NCBI GenBank assembly: GCA_963770835.1
Contig: CAVYRH010000019.1
Span: forward strand, 352,001-416,000
DNA: 64,000 nt
Direction: 5' to 3'
Source of the DNA: an uncultured Pseudomonadota bacterium
GTDB taxonomy: Bacteria > Oederibacteriota > Muellerivitia > Muellerivitales > Muellerivitaceae
Position numbers and translations under genes: made by a program. This document shows positions 56,888 through 64,000 of the stretch, piece after piece; within the stretch, counting starts at the first letter, position 1; each line of letters begins with the position of its first letter. The notes below the pieces were generated by a model. The model was not told the DNA's origin. It worked only from the letters and a program-made list of their open reading frames with translations, and made no database searches.

Positions 56888-57523
56888 ATGAACGGTTTAT
56901 GGGACGGTTTTAAATTTATTTTCCGGGGCGGGTTCATGATGATCCCCCTCCTGGCGTCTTCCTTGATCGCCTTGACGGTGATCGTCGACCGCTGGAAGGC
57001 GTATCACCAGCGGTATAAAACGCCCCCGGACTTCATCAACGGCGTTTTGGAAAAAGCGCGGGCGGGCAACCTCCCCGAGGCCATCCAAGCCTGTCAAGGG
57101 AAGGACATCCCCGTGGCCGCGGTCCTGAAGGCGGGGCTGGAGCACTTCAAGAATCCCACTGCGGAAATGGAGATCGCCATGAAGAATGAGGGCGAGAGCT
57201 GGGTGCCGGTATTGGAAAAACGGATACACGTTTTGGACACGACCATCACTATCGCGCCCCTGATGGGGCTTCTGGGAACCATTATCGGCATGATGGGTTC
57301 CTTTAAAGTGCTTACTCAAAGCGGTGTGGATGATCCCTATTCCATCACCGGAGGCATCGCCGAGGCCCTGATTGCCACGGCCACCGGTCTTGTCATCGCC
57401 CTGGTTTGCGTCATCGCCCACAACTACTTCAATACCCTCGTCAAGAATTCCATTTACGAGATGGAATCCGCCGCCTCGCGCCTGTTGGAAGCCCGGTTGG
57501 CTTCCGAAAGGAAGAAGGGCTGA
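56888..57523 (+). CDS. exbB: ExbB/MotA/TolQ proton channel
   Basis: GGFMMIPL, APLMGLLGTIIGM, GGIAEALIATATGL. Confidence 0.92.
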   Translation: MNGLWDGFKFIFRGGFMMIPLLASSLIALTVIVDRWKAYHQRYKTPPDFINGVLEKARAGNLPEAIQACQGKDIPVAAVLKAGLEHFKNPTAEMEIAMKNEGESWVPVLEKRIHVLDTTITIAPLMGLLGTIIGMMGSFKVLTQSGVDDPYSITGGIAEALIATATGLVIALVCVIAHNYFNTLVKNSIYEMESAASRLLEARLASERKKG

Positions 57524-57933
57524 TGCAAATCCGTCAAAGGCCCTTTAAGCGGGTCCGCATCGAAATCATCCCCATGATCGACGTTATCTTCTTTTTGCTG
57601 GTGTTCTTTATGGTAACGTCACTGGCCATGACCCGTATCAACAGCATCAAGGTGGTGCTGCCCAAGACGTCGGGTGCGGCTGAAACCATGAAGCAAAATA
57701 TCATCCTCACCATCAAGAAGGACGGTTCCATGCTGGTCAACAAAACGCCTGTCACCCTCGATACCCTGGGAAGCCGGCTGGTTTACGAGATGCAAGCCGA
57801 TCCACAAGGCGTAGTCATTGTGAACGCGGATGAGGACGCCGGTTATGGCGTGGTGGTGGCGGCCATGGCCAAGGCCAAGGAAGCCGGAGTGCGCAAGTTC
57901 GCCCTGGCCGCCGAAGCCGAAAAGGGAAAGTGA
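57523..57933 (+). CDS. exbD: ExbD/TolR biopolymer transporter
   Basis: IEIIPMIDVIFFLLVFFMV, VNADEDAGYG; ATG at 57523 overlaps the exbB stop. Confidence 0.92.
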   Translation: MQIRQRPFKRVRIEIIPMIDVIFFLLVFFMVTSLAMTRINSIKVVLPKTSGAAETMKQNIILTIKKDGSMLVNKTPVTLDTLGSRLVYEMQADPQGVVIVNADEDAGYGVVVAAMAKAKEAGVRKFALAAEAEKGK

Positions 57934-58535
57934 CCTTGTCGCCCTTTTACACGAACCCGGCCGAGGAACAAAAACGCCTTTATCGATCGGCGGGGATCGC
58001 TTTGGGATTGGAGCTGCTTTTCTTCCTAGCCCTTGGGATAAGCCATCTGCCGCTTTTCCATAACCCCTTTGATTCGGCCCAATATTTGGACGCCCAAATC
58101 CTGCAGTTACCTGAAAACTCCCATTTAACGGGGGCCCAGGCCACGACACCCGACGACGAAATCGTCTTTAACCCCCACCACAAGGTTCCCAAGAAGGTAA
58201 TCAAGAAAACTCCGCCTCCCCCGGCCCCAGAGCAAAACAAGGTTGAGGCCAGCCCCAGTTTGGGGCCCACCCATGGGCCCGTGGCGCTTTATTCTCCGTC
58301 ACCGGTCATCCCCAACTACCTAAGGGACCAGAATTTGAAAACCAGCGTGGTGATTGAGTTCCTCATCACGGCCCAGGGGCAGATGACACCCCGGCTGTTG
58401 GAATCCAGCGGCAACAACGAGTTGGATTCCATCGCCTTAAACACGGTTGCTAAATGGCAGTTCAAACCCGCGGCCCAGGACAACGTGCCGATCGACTCTA
58501 AAACCCGGCTCCGTATCCTTTTTGAGGTCTATTAA
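57930..58535 (+). CDS. tonB: TonB family energy transducer
   Basis: N-terminal TM, Pro/Lys-rich linker, ESSGNNELDSIALNTVAKWQFKPA. Confidence 0.88.
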   Translation: MTLSPFYTNPAEEQKRLYRSAGIALGLELLFFLALGISHLPLFHNPFDSAQYLDAQILQLPENSHLTGAQATTPDDEIVFNPHHKVPKKVIKKTPPPPAPEQNKVEASPSLGPTHGPVALYSPSPVIPNYLRDQNLKTSVVIEFLITAQGQMTPRLLESSGNNELDSIALNTVAKWQFKPAAQDNVPIDSKTRLRILFEVY

Positions 58536-58536
58536 G

Positions 58537-58875
58537 ATGCCTTTATACTCTTCGAATTCTTCCGGCAAAAAAATTGGGACATCCGATCCCAAGGATTGGA
58601 TGCTTCTCTTCGTCTTTCCCGTGGCGGTTTTTTTCATCCTGGCTGGCTCAGCCGAGGGATTTATCCATCATCACCATCACAGCCCCACCGAGGATTCGGA
58701 TTGTGCCTATTGCGGATTCCATAACGCCGTCACCCAGTCGGACTACACGGTCAATCTTCCTCAGATAGTTCCCTTCCTTCCCTTGGTTCTCATCTTCGCC
58801 TTCCCCTTCCTGCCCTTTCATTCTTCCCGTTTTTTCACCCATTCCGGCCTGTCCCCGCCGGCCCTTTTCCAATAA
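58537..58875 (+). CDS. DUF2946-like leader peptide 2 with His cluster, CxxC and LSPP variant motif
   Basis: EGFIHHHHH...DCAYC...SGLSPPALFQ aligns with leader 1; start at 58537 or at 58600 (AAGGA RBS). Confidence 0.8.
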   Translation: MPLYSSNSSGKKIGTSDPKDWMLLFVFPVAVFFILAGSAEGFIHHHHHSPTEDSDCAYCGFHNAVTQSDYTVNLPQIVPFLPLVLIFAFPFLPFHSSRFFTHSGLSPPALFQ

Positions 58876-59035
58876 AGGGAAGACGCGCCGAAAGAGTGGA
58901 ATTTATTCCAGCCCTGATCCTTTGAAGTACCGCCCAGGGTCCCATTCCTGAAAACCTTCGCCCATCCCGTTTTCCCGCAGGCCAATCGCCAATTCCGACA
59001 ACCTTTACATCTCTCAATTTAAGGAAGGAGCAAAA

Positions 59036-59725
59036 ATGAAAGTTCTTGAAGTCAAAAACTTGAAAAAGTCTTACCTAACACCCGAGGGTAATACTCACAG
59101 GGTCGTTGATATCGCCCATTTCTCCCTGGATTCGGGAGACCAAATGGCGCTGGCCGGGGAGAGTGGATCGGGCAAAACGACCTTCTTGCACCTCATTTCG
59201 GGTGTGCTAAAGCCCGACAGCGGCGAAATCAGCCTTGATGGAAAAAGGATGGACCTGCTTCCGGAAGCCGGACGGGATAGCCTGCGGTCCAGCCTGCTGG
59301 GTTATGTCTTTCAAAATTTCAACCTCCTGCAGGGAATGACTTCCCTGGAGAATGTTGAACTGGCCATGCGGTTCGGCATGGGAGTGGATAAGGAAAGGGC
59401 CGTTTCGCTTTTAAACCGGATGGGCCTTTCGGAGAGGCTCCACCACTATCCCCGCCAGCTTTCCATGGGGCAGCAGCAGCGGGTGGCCGTGGCACGGGCC
59501 CTGGCCAACCGCCCCAAATTGGTCTTAGCCGATGAGCCCACAGCCCACCTGGACCATGTCCGGGGCAAGGAAGCCGTCACCTTGATGCGGGAAGTCTGCC
59601 GGGAATTCGGCGCCGCCTTGTTGGTGGTAAGCCATGACCGGGAAGTATTGTCAAACTTCAAGCAGGTTGAGCGCTTTGACCGGCTGAACCGTGCGCTTCA
59701 CGCGCGCCAGGAGGCAAAATCATGA
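59036..59725 (+). CDS. ABC transporter ATP-binding protein (LolD/MacB-type)
   Basis: GESGSGKT, LSMGQQQRVAVARAL, LADEPT, VSHD. Confidence 0.93.
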   Translation: MKVLEVKNLKKSYLTPEGNTHRVVDIAHFSLDSGDQMALAGESGSGKTTFLHLISGVLKPDSGEISLDGKRMDLLPEAGRDSLRSSLLGYVFQNFNLLQGMTSLENVELAMRFGMGVDKERAVSLLNRMGLSERLHHYPRQLSMGQQQRVAVARALANRPKLVLADEPTAHLDHVRGKEAVTLMREVCREFGAALLVVSHDREVLSNFKQVERFDRLNRALHARQEAKS

Positions 59726-60978
59726 ATACACTGATTTTTTTGGCCCGGCACAGCTTGAGGCGCCACGCGGTCTCCACTTTGGTGACCGCCCTGTCGGCGG
59801 CCCTGGCGGTGGGCCTGACCTTGGCCGTCTTTGGCCTGGCCGCCCAAACCCGGGCCGCCTTCATGGGCGGGGCCGGTGGTTTTGACGCCGTCTTGGGCGC
59901 CAGAGGAAGCCAGCTCCAGCTGGTTTTGAACGCCGTTTTCCAGCTGGAAACCTCGCCGGGCAATATTCCCTGGAGCCTCTACGAGACGGTGAAAAACGAC
60001 CCCCGGGTCGCCGAGGCGGTGCCTTACGCCGTCGGGGACAATTACTACGGCTTCCGGATATTGGGGACAACCCTCGCGGTTCGGGATGAGCTCCGGAATT
60101 CCTCCGGCAAGCCCCTGGAACTGGAAGAGGGGGGGCGCTGGTTCAACGATGAGGACCGGGAAGCGGTGGTTGGATCGATCACGGCCCAGAGAAGCGGCCT
60201 CCAGGTCGGCAGCTCTTTCCGGCCCTACCACGGCCTGGCTTTCGACCCCAGCATGCAGCACGAGGAGGTCTACCAGGTGGTGGGCATTCTCAAGCCGTCC
60301 AATACGCCGATCGACCGGGTCCTCTTCATTCCCCTGGAGGGCTTCTACCGGATCAAGGGCCATGTTCTCCGGGGATCGGGTAAGGATTATGTACCGAAGG
60401 AAAACCAGCCCATTCCCGACGAGGACAAGGAGCTCAGCTCCGTCCTGCTGAAGCTCAAAAGCCCCCAGGCGGGTTTCAACATGGATTACACCATCAACAA
60501 ACAGGGCAAGGTGGCTACCTTGGCCTGGCCCATCGGGCGGGTTATGGCCGACCTTTTCAACCGGCTGGGTTGGATGAACCGAATCCTGGTCCTAGTGGCC
60601 TACTTGGTCATGGTCGTGGCCGCCTGCTCGATCCTGGCCGCCCTTCACAACACCATGCGGGAGAGGCGCAGGGAATTTGCCATCCTGCGGGCCTTGGGCG
60701 CGAAACGGCGCACCGTGTTCGCCTCGGTGGTGACCGAAGCCGCCTGCATCGCCGCCTTGGGCGCCTTGGGGGGCTATTTGGTTTACGGTCTTTTGTTTTT
60801 CCTGGCGGCGGGGCTGGTCCGGGCCCAGACAGGGGTGGTCGTGGACCTCTTCTTTTTCCATCCGGCCCTTATCGGCGTGCCCATCGGCATGACGGTTTTA
60901 GGCGCCTTAGCCGGTGTCTTGCCGGCTTATCAAGCCTATTCCACTGACGTGGCCGGGAATTTGGAACCCCATTCGTAA
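59722..60978 (+). CDS. ABC transporter permease (FtsX/MacB-type, ZrgC-like)
   Basis: GARGSQLQLVLNAVF, GDNYYGFRILGT, PYHG...HEE, ERRREFAILRALGA. Confidence 0.9.
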   Translation: MNTLIFLARHSLRRHAVSTLVTALSAALAVGLTLAVFGLAAQTRAAFMGGAGGFDAVLGARGSQLQLVLNAVFQLETSPGNIPWSLYETVKNDPRVAEAVPYAVGDNYYGFRILGTTLAVRDELRNSSGKPLELEEGGRWFNDEDREAVVGSITAQRSGLQVGSSFRPYHGLAFDPSMQHEEVYQVVGILKPSNTPIDRVLFIPLEGFYRIKGHVLRGSGKDYVPKENQPIPDEDKELSSVLLKLKSPQAGFNMDYTINKQGKVATLAWPIGRVMADLFNRLGWMNRILVLVAYLVMVVAACSILAALHNTMRERRREFAILRALGAKRRTVFASVVTEAACIAALGALGGYLVYGLLFFLAAGLVRAQTGVVVDLFFFHPALIGVPIGMTVLGALAGVLPAYQAYSTDVAGNLEPHS

Positions 60979-60990
60979 GGAGGAATCGAC

Positions 60991-61482
60991 ATGAGACTTT
61001 CATATTTGGTTTTCCTGGCTTGGATATTTTTATTCACCGGTCCCGCGATACGGGGTTATGGCGAAACTCCCCCAGACGGGAAAGCGCCGGTAACGGAATC
61101 CGCCAAGCCCGGTTTTGAACCCCAGGCCCCCCACGGGGGCCTGCTGGTGGACGCAGGGGATGATTTCGCCCACGTGGAAATGGTCTTTGATTCCGCGGAG
61201 GGGACACTATCGGCCTACATGCTGGACGGAGAGGCCGAAGAAGCAGTCCCCCTTAAGCAACCTGTCATTTTGGTTCGTTTAATGAAACCGGCTCGGACCT
61301 TAAAACTGAAGGCGGTGGTCAGCCCCTTAAGCGGGGAAAAACCCGGGGCCACCTCTTCTTATGCCTTGACAGACCCTTCGCTGAAGGGCCTTTCACAGTT
61401 GAAGGGCGTATTGGTATCGGTGGATTTTAACGGCTCGGTCTTTAAAAACCTTGCCTTCCAATTTCCGCAAAAAAAGGAATAG
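60991..61482 (+). CDS. Exported protein with PHGG...H motif (putative metal chaperone)
   Basis: AGGAGG RBS, signal peptide, APHGGLLVDAGDDFAHVEMV. Confidence 0.7.
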   Translation: MRLSYLVFLAWIFLFTGPAIRGYGETPPDGKAPVTESAKPGFEPQAPHGGLLVDAGDDFAHVEMVFDSAEGTLSAYMLDGEAEEAVPLKQPVILVRLMKPARTLKLKAVVSPLSGEKPGATSSYALTDPSLKGLSQLKGVLVSVDFNGSVFKNLAFQFPQKKE

Positions 61483-61490
61483 GATCACGA

Positions 61491-62324
61491 ATGAAAACCG
61501 GCTTTAACAGGATGATGAAAAAGTCCAAAGAGATGATGAAAAAGTCCAAAGAATGGACTTTTTCATATCTATGTCGCGAACCACCCCTTAAAAAACAGGG
61601 GGTTAAAAACGGTTCGCTCCTAGCCCGTGGCTGTAGACAGGGTGTAAAAACACTTTTTCAGCACCCTGTTAAAAAAGGAATGGTTTACGGGGCTGTCCTT
61701 GGTTTCTTTACCCTGGCCGCCGGAGCCCCGATTTTCGGCCAGAACTTCTGGAAATACCAGGCACCGGCCACCGATGTCCCGGCCGCCGAAGGATCCGGGG
61801 TGGCCAATGACGCCAAGCTCCAGGCCCTCAGCCAGATCAGGGATCCCGTCGTCCAAATCAACCCGGCAGACCTGGAGGGAAAACCCCTCGTGGATTTCAC
61901 CCGCTTGGCCTGTTTCAATTACGACTACCCGGATGAGGACGGGGGCGCGTTGGCCCCTAAAAAATCCAAAAGGAAAAAACCGGGAATCCCTGTTTCGGTT
62001 TCGGCCTTGAATGGGACAACCTTGGCCGTTCCCGGCTTCATGATCCCAATGGACCAGGATGCGGACGGGGACACCTGCACTTATTTCATCCTGGCCCGCA
62101 ACCAGATGACCTGCTGTTTCGGCGTGCCTCCGGGCCTGAACGAGTGGGTGAGCGTGCGGATGGAGAAGGGTAAAACCGCCAAGCTGGATATGGACCGCCC
62201 AGTTGTGGTGGTGGGGACCCTGGAAGTCGGGGAGATTTTCGACCCCGATTCGGGCTGGAGTTTCTACCGGATGAGGGGCGAGAAGGTCATCGTCGCAGGG
62301 AAAAAGAAAGTTTGGTTCCAATGA
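61491..62324 (+). CDS. DUF3299 protein 1 (N-terminus extended by an in-frame MITE)
   Basis: LNG...VPGFMIPMD...FILARNQMTCCFGVPPGLNEWV. Confidence 0.8.
   Translation: MKTGFNRMMKKSKEMMKKSKEWTFSYLCREPPLKKQGVKNGSLLARGCRQGVKTLFQHPVKKGMVYGAVLGFFTLAAGAPIFGQNFWKYQAPATDVPAAEGSGVANDAKLQALSQIRDPVVQINPADLEGKPLVDFTRLACFNYDYPDEDGGALAPKKSKRKKPGIPVSVSALNGTTLAVPGFMIPMDQDADGDTCTYFILARNQMTCCFGVPPGLNEWVSVRMEKGKTAKLDMDRPVVVVGTLEVGEIFDPDSGWSFYRMRGEKVIVAGKKKVWFQ
61508..61668. mobile_element. MITE-like element, copy 2 (inverted; 140 bp plus a 21-bp tandem duplication)
   Basis: Perfect TTAA direct repeats at 61504-61507 and 61669-61672; the reverse complement aligns end to end with 33714-33853. Confidence 0.88.
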
Positions 62325-62333
62325 GGGGGAGTC

Positions 62334-62966
62334 ATGAAAAAACAGCCTATTAAACTGAAATGGTCGGTGTTGCTGGTATCCCTTTTCCTGGCGGCCCTTC
62401 CCTTCCTGAACCTTACAGCCTTCGGACAAGGGGCCGCGCCCAGCGCCAATCCGGTGGTTCCCTACGCCACGGCCGTCCCGGCACCCATCGACCTCAATTC
62501 GGCGCCCATCACGGTTTACCCACTTGTGGACGACCATTCGCTGGTGACTTGGGACACCCTCTCCCATTTCGACTATGACTCCCCCAGCATCGACGAGGAG
62601 ATTGACTCGAAACTGCGCCTCAAGAAGAAAAAATACCCCATCCCCGGCTTCATCAAGCTGCTAAATGGCGCCCCCGTCGCAGTAGTGGGCTTCATGATCC
62701 CCCTAGACACGAACGAGGCGGGGGACAAGACGACCTCCTTCATCCTGGCCCGCAGTCAGGCCACTTGTTGCTACGGCATCACTCCCAAGATGAATGAGTG
62801 GATGTTCGTGCAAATGAAAAAGGGGAAACAGGCCGAGACGATGATGGACATGCCCGTGACGGCTTTCGGCACCCTGGCCGTGGGCGAGGAAAAAAAGTCC
62901 GATACGGGCTGGACCCTTTACCGGATGGTTTCGGATAAGGTCACCGTTCCCAAAGTCAATTGGTAA
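62334..62966 (+). CDS. DUF3299 protein 2
   Basis: Signal peptide; LNGAPVAVVGFMIPLD...FILARSQATCCYG...NEW. Confidence 0.8.
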   Translation: MKKQPIKLKWSVLLVSLFLAALPFLNLTAFGQGAAPSANPVVPYATAVPAPIDLNSAPITVYPLVDDHSLVTWDTLSHFDYDSPSIDEEIDSKLRLKKKKYPIPGFIKLLNGAPVAVVGFMIPLDTNEAGDKTTSFILARSQATCCYGITPKMNEWMFVQMKKGKQAETMMDMPVTAFGTLAVGEEKKSDTGWTLYRMVSDKVTVPKVNW

Positions 62967-63715
62967 GGATGAAGGAGGCTTCGATGGGTGGCATACACGG
63001 TCCAACGGTTAAGAAAAGCGGTAACGGGGAAAACCCTTCCGCTTCCCGCATCCCAACGCAGGATTTGAAATACTGGGCCATGATGGTCTTGAGCCTCTTC
63101 TGGTTCGTGTTCCTGACCTATTACCTGCTCAAGGCCAACAGCCGCCCCTCCGTCCTTCAATGGTGGCAAACGCAAAGCAAGGCGGAAGAAACGGTTCCAT
63201 CGGCGCCCCCCAAGGCAGACCCCGTTTCCGGCATTCCCTCAAAACCAGCCTTGAACATCCCCTACCCGAAAGAGGGAGATTATTACCGGCTCAATTTCGA
63301 CGTCCTGTCCGGGTTCCCCGCGGGGACGCCGGACATTTCGAATCCGGCGGTTGACCCCCGGAAGAGGGCCAAAATGGCCAGCTTCAATATCCCCGGCCCG
63401 GTGAAGGTCTTGAATGGGCAAAAAATATCCGTTGTTGGTTTCATGATCCCCATGACCATGGACAAGGAAAGTGTTTATAGTTTTATCCTGGCTCAAAGCC
63501 GGATGACCTGCTGTTACGGGATGGTTCCCCAACTCAACCAATGGATTTACGTCACCATGGACCCGGGGAAGCCAACGTCACAACTGATGGACGTTCCCAT
63601 CACCGTTTTTGGGACCCTGAGCGTGGGCATGAAGATCGACAAGGACAGCATGGGTTGGTGCCTTTACCGCATGACCTCCGGCAAGGTGGATATGCCCAAA
63701 CAATCCTGGTTTTAG
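62960..63715 (+). CDS. DUF3299 protein 3 (N-terminal TM anchor)
   Basis: LNGQKISVVGFMIPM...FILAQSRMTCCYG...NQW; start probably 62984, after AAGGAGG. Confidence 0.8.
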   Translation: MVRMKEASMGGIHGPTVKKSGNGENPSASRIPTQDLKYWAMMVLSLFWFVFLTYYLLKANSRPSVLQWWQTQSKAEETVPSAPPKADPVSGIPSKPALNIPYPKEGDYYRLNFDVLSGFPAGTPDISNPAVDPRKRAKMASFNIPGPVKVLNGQKISVVGFMIPMTMDKESVYSFILAQSRMTCCYGMVPQLNQWIYVTMDPGKPTSQLMDVPITVFGTLSVGMKIDKDSMGWCLYRMTSGKVDMPKQSWF

Positions 63716-63726
63716 GAGCGGCGGCG

Positions 63727-64000
63727 ATGAGGCCTCGAATGCCGAAACCTCTTTTGACCGGAAGCCTGGTTTTGTTTCTTTTTCCCTTCCGGGGCCTTGC
63801 CGCCTCCCCCTCCAATCTGGGCGGAAACTACAATCTCCAAATTCAAACCGAATACCCCGCCGACAGCCACCGGAAGCCTAAGCACACCCTCCTGTTACAA
63901 AAGGGTTGGAGGGAGTTGTGGAAAATACAGTCCGAAACGCCGTTTGAAAAAGCGGTCGTGTCCAACGAAACGGGAAGATGCTTCTGTGAGGTGGTTTATC
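63727..64000 (+). CDS. Hypothetical exported protein, partial
   Basis: AGGAG RBS; MRPRMPKPLLTGSLVLFLFPFRGLAA..., open to the window end. Confidence 0.55.
   Translation, partial: MRPRMPKPLLTGSLVLFLFPFRGLAASPSNLGGNYNLQIQTEYPADSHRKPKHTLLLQKGWRELWKIQSETPFEKAVVSNETGRCFCEVVY

Noticed and set aside
61620..62567. 315-aa minus-strand ORF as a transposase for the MITE
   Set aside because: It is antisense to the DUF3299 genes, has no DDE or HUH motifs and lies mostly outside the terminal repeats.
1..64000. CRISPR array, tRNA or rRNA genes
   Set aside because: No regularly spaced repeat-spacer array, cloverleaf or rRNA-like stretch was seen; intergenic gaps are short.

Overview
GC-rich chromosomal segment from a diderm bacterium; it has outer-membrane barrels, autotransporters and a TonB system, and the lineage cannot be fixed from this window alone. 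Positions 1-53.7 kb are almost all minus-strand. They carry a housekeeping backbone (rpsB-tsf-pyrH-frr-uppS-cdsA; mtaB-hit-rpsU-yqeY-mpg-mutS2-dnaG-rpoD, where rpoD has a 1-nt homopolymer frameshift that is probably an error; mnmA with a cysteine desulfurase; M23 peptidase-bactofilin). They also carry an ECF sigma/NrsF pair, a ChdC-like heme protein, a GH92 mannosidase and a surface/glycosylation cluster with two tandem Gly-rich autotransporters that share an apparently identical 1.66-kb internal block. From 53.8 kb a plus-strand metal-acquisition locus runs: DUF2946-like His/CxxC leader ending in RAPP, TonB-dependent receptor, exbB-exbD-tonB, a second homologous leader ending in LSPP, ABC ATPase and permease, a PHGG protein, then three DUF3299 paralogues. 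This suggests two-tier translational metal sensing by ribosome-arrest peptides (inference). Small repeat elements not shown in the ORF track are a 140-bp TTAA-flanked MITE in two copies (one inserted in frame into a signal peptide), an AT-rich GxxExxY gene bracketed by 26-bp inverted repeats, and heptamer/decamer arrays directly after stop codons. No rRNA, tRNA or CRISPR array was seen.
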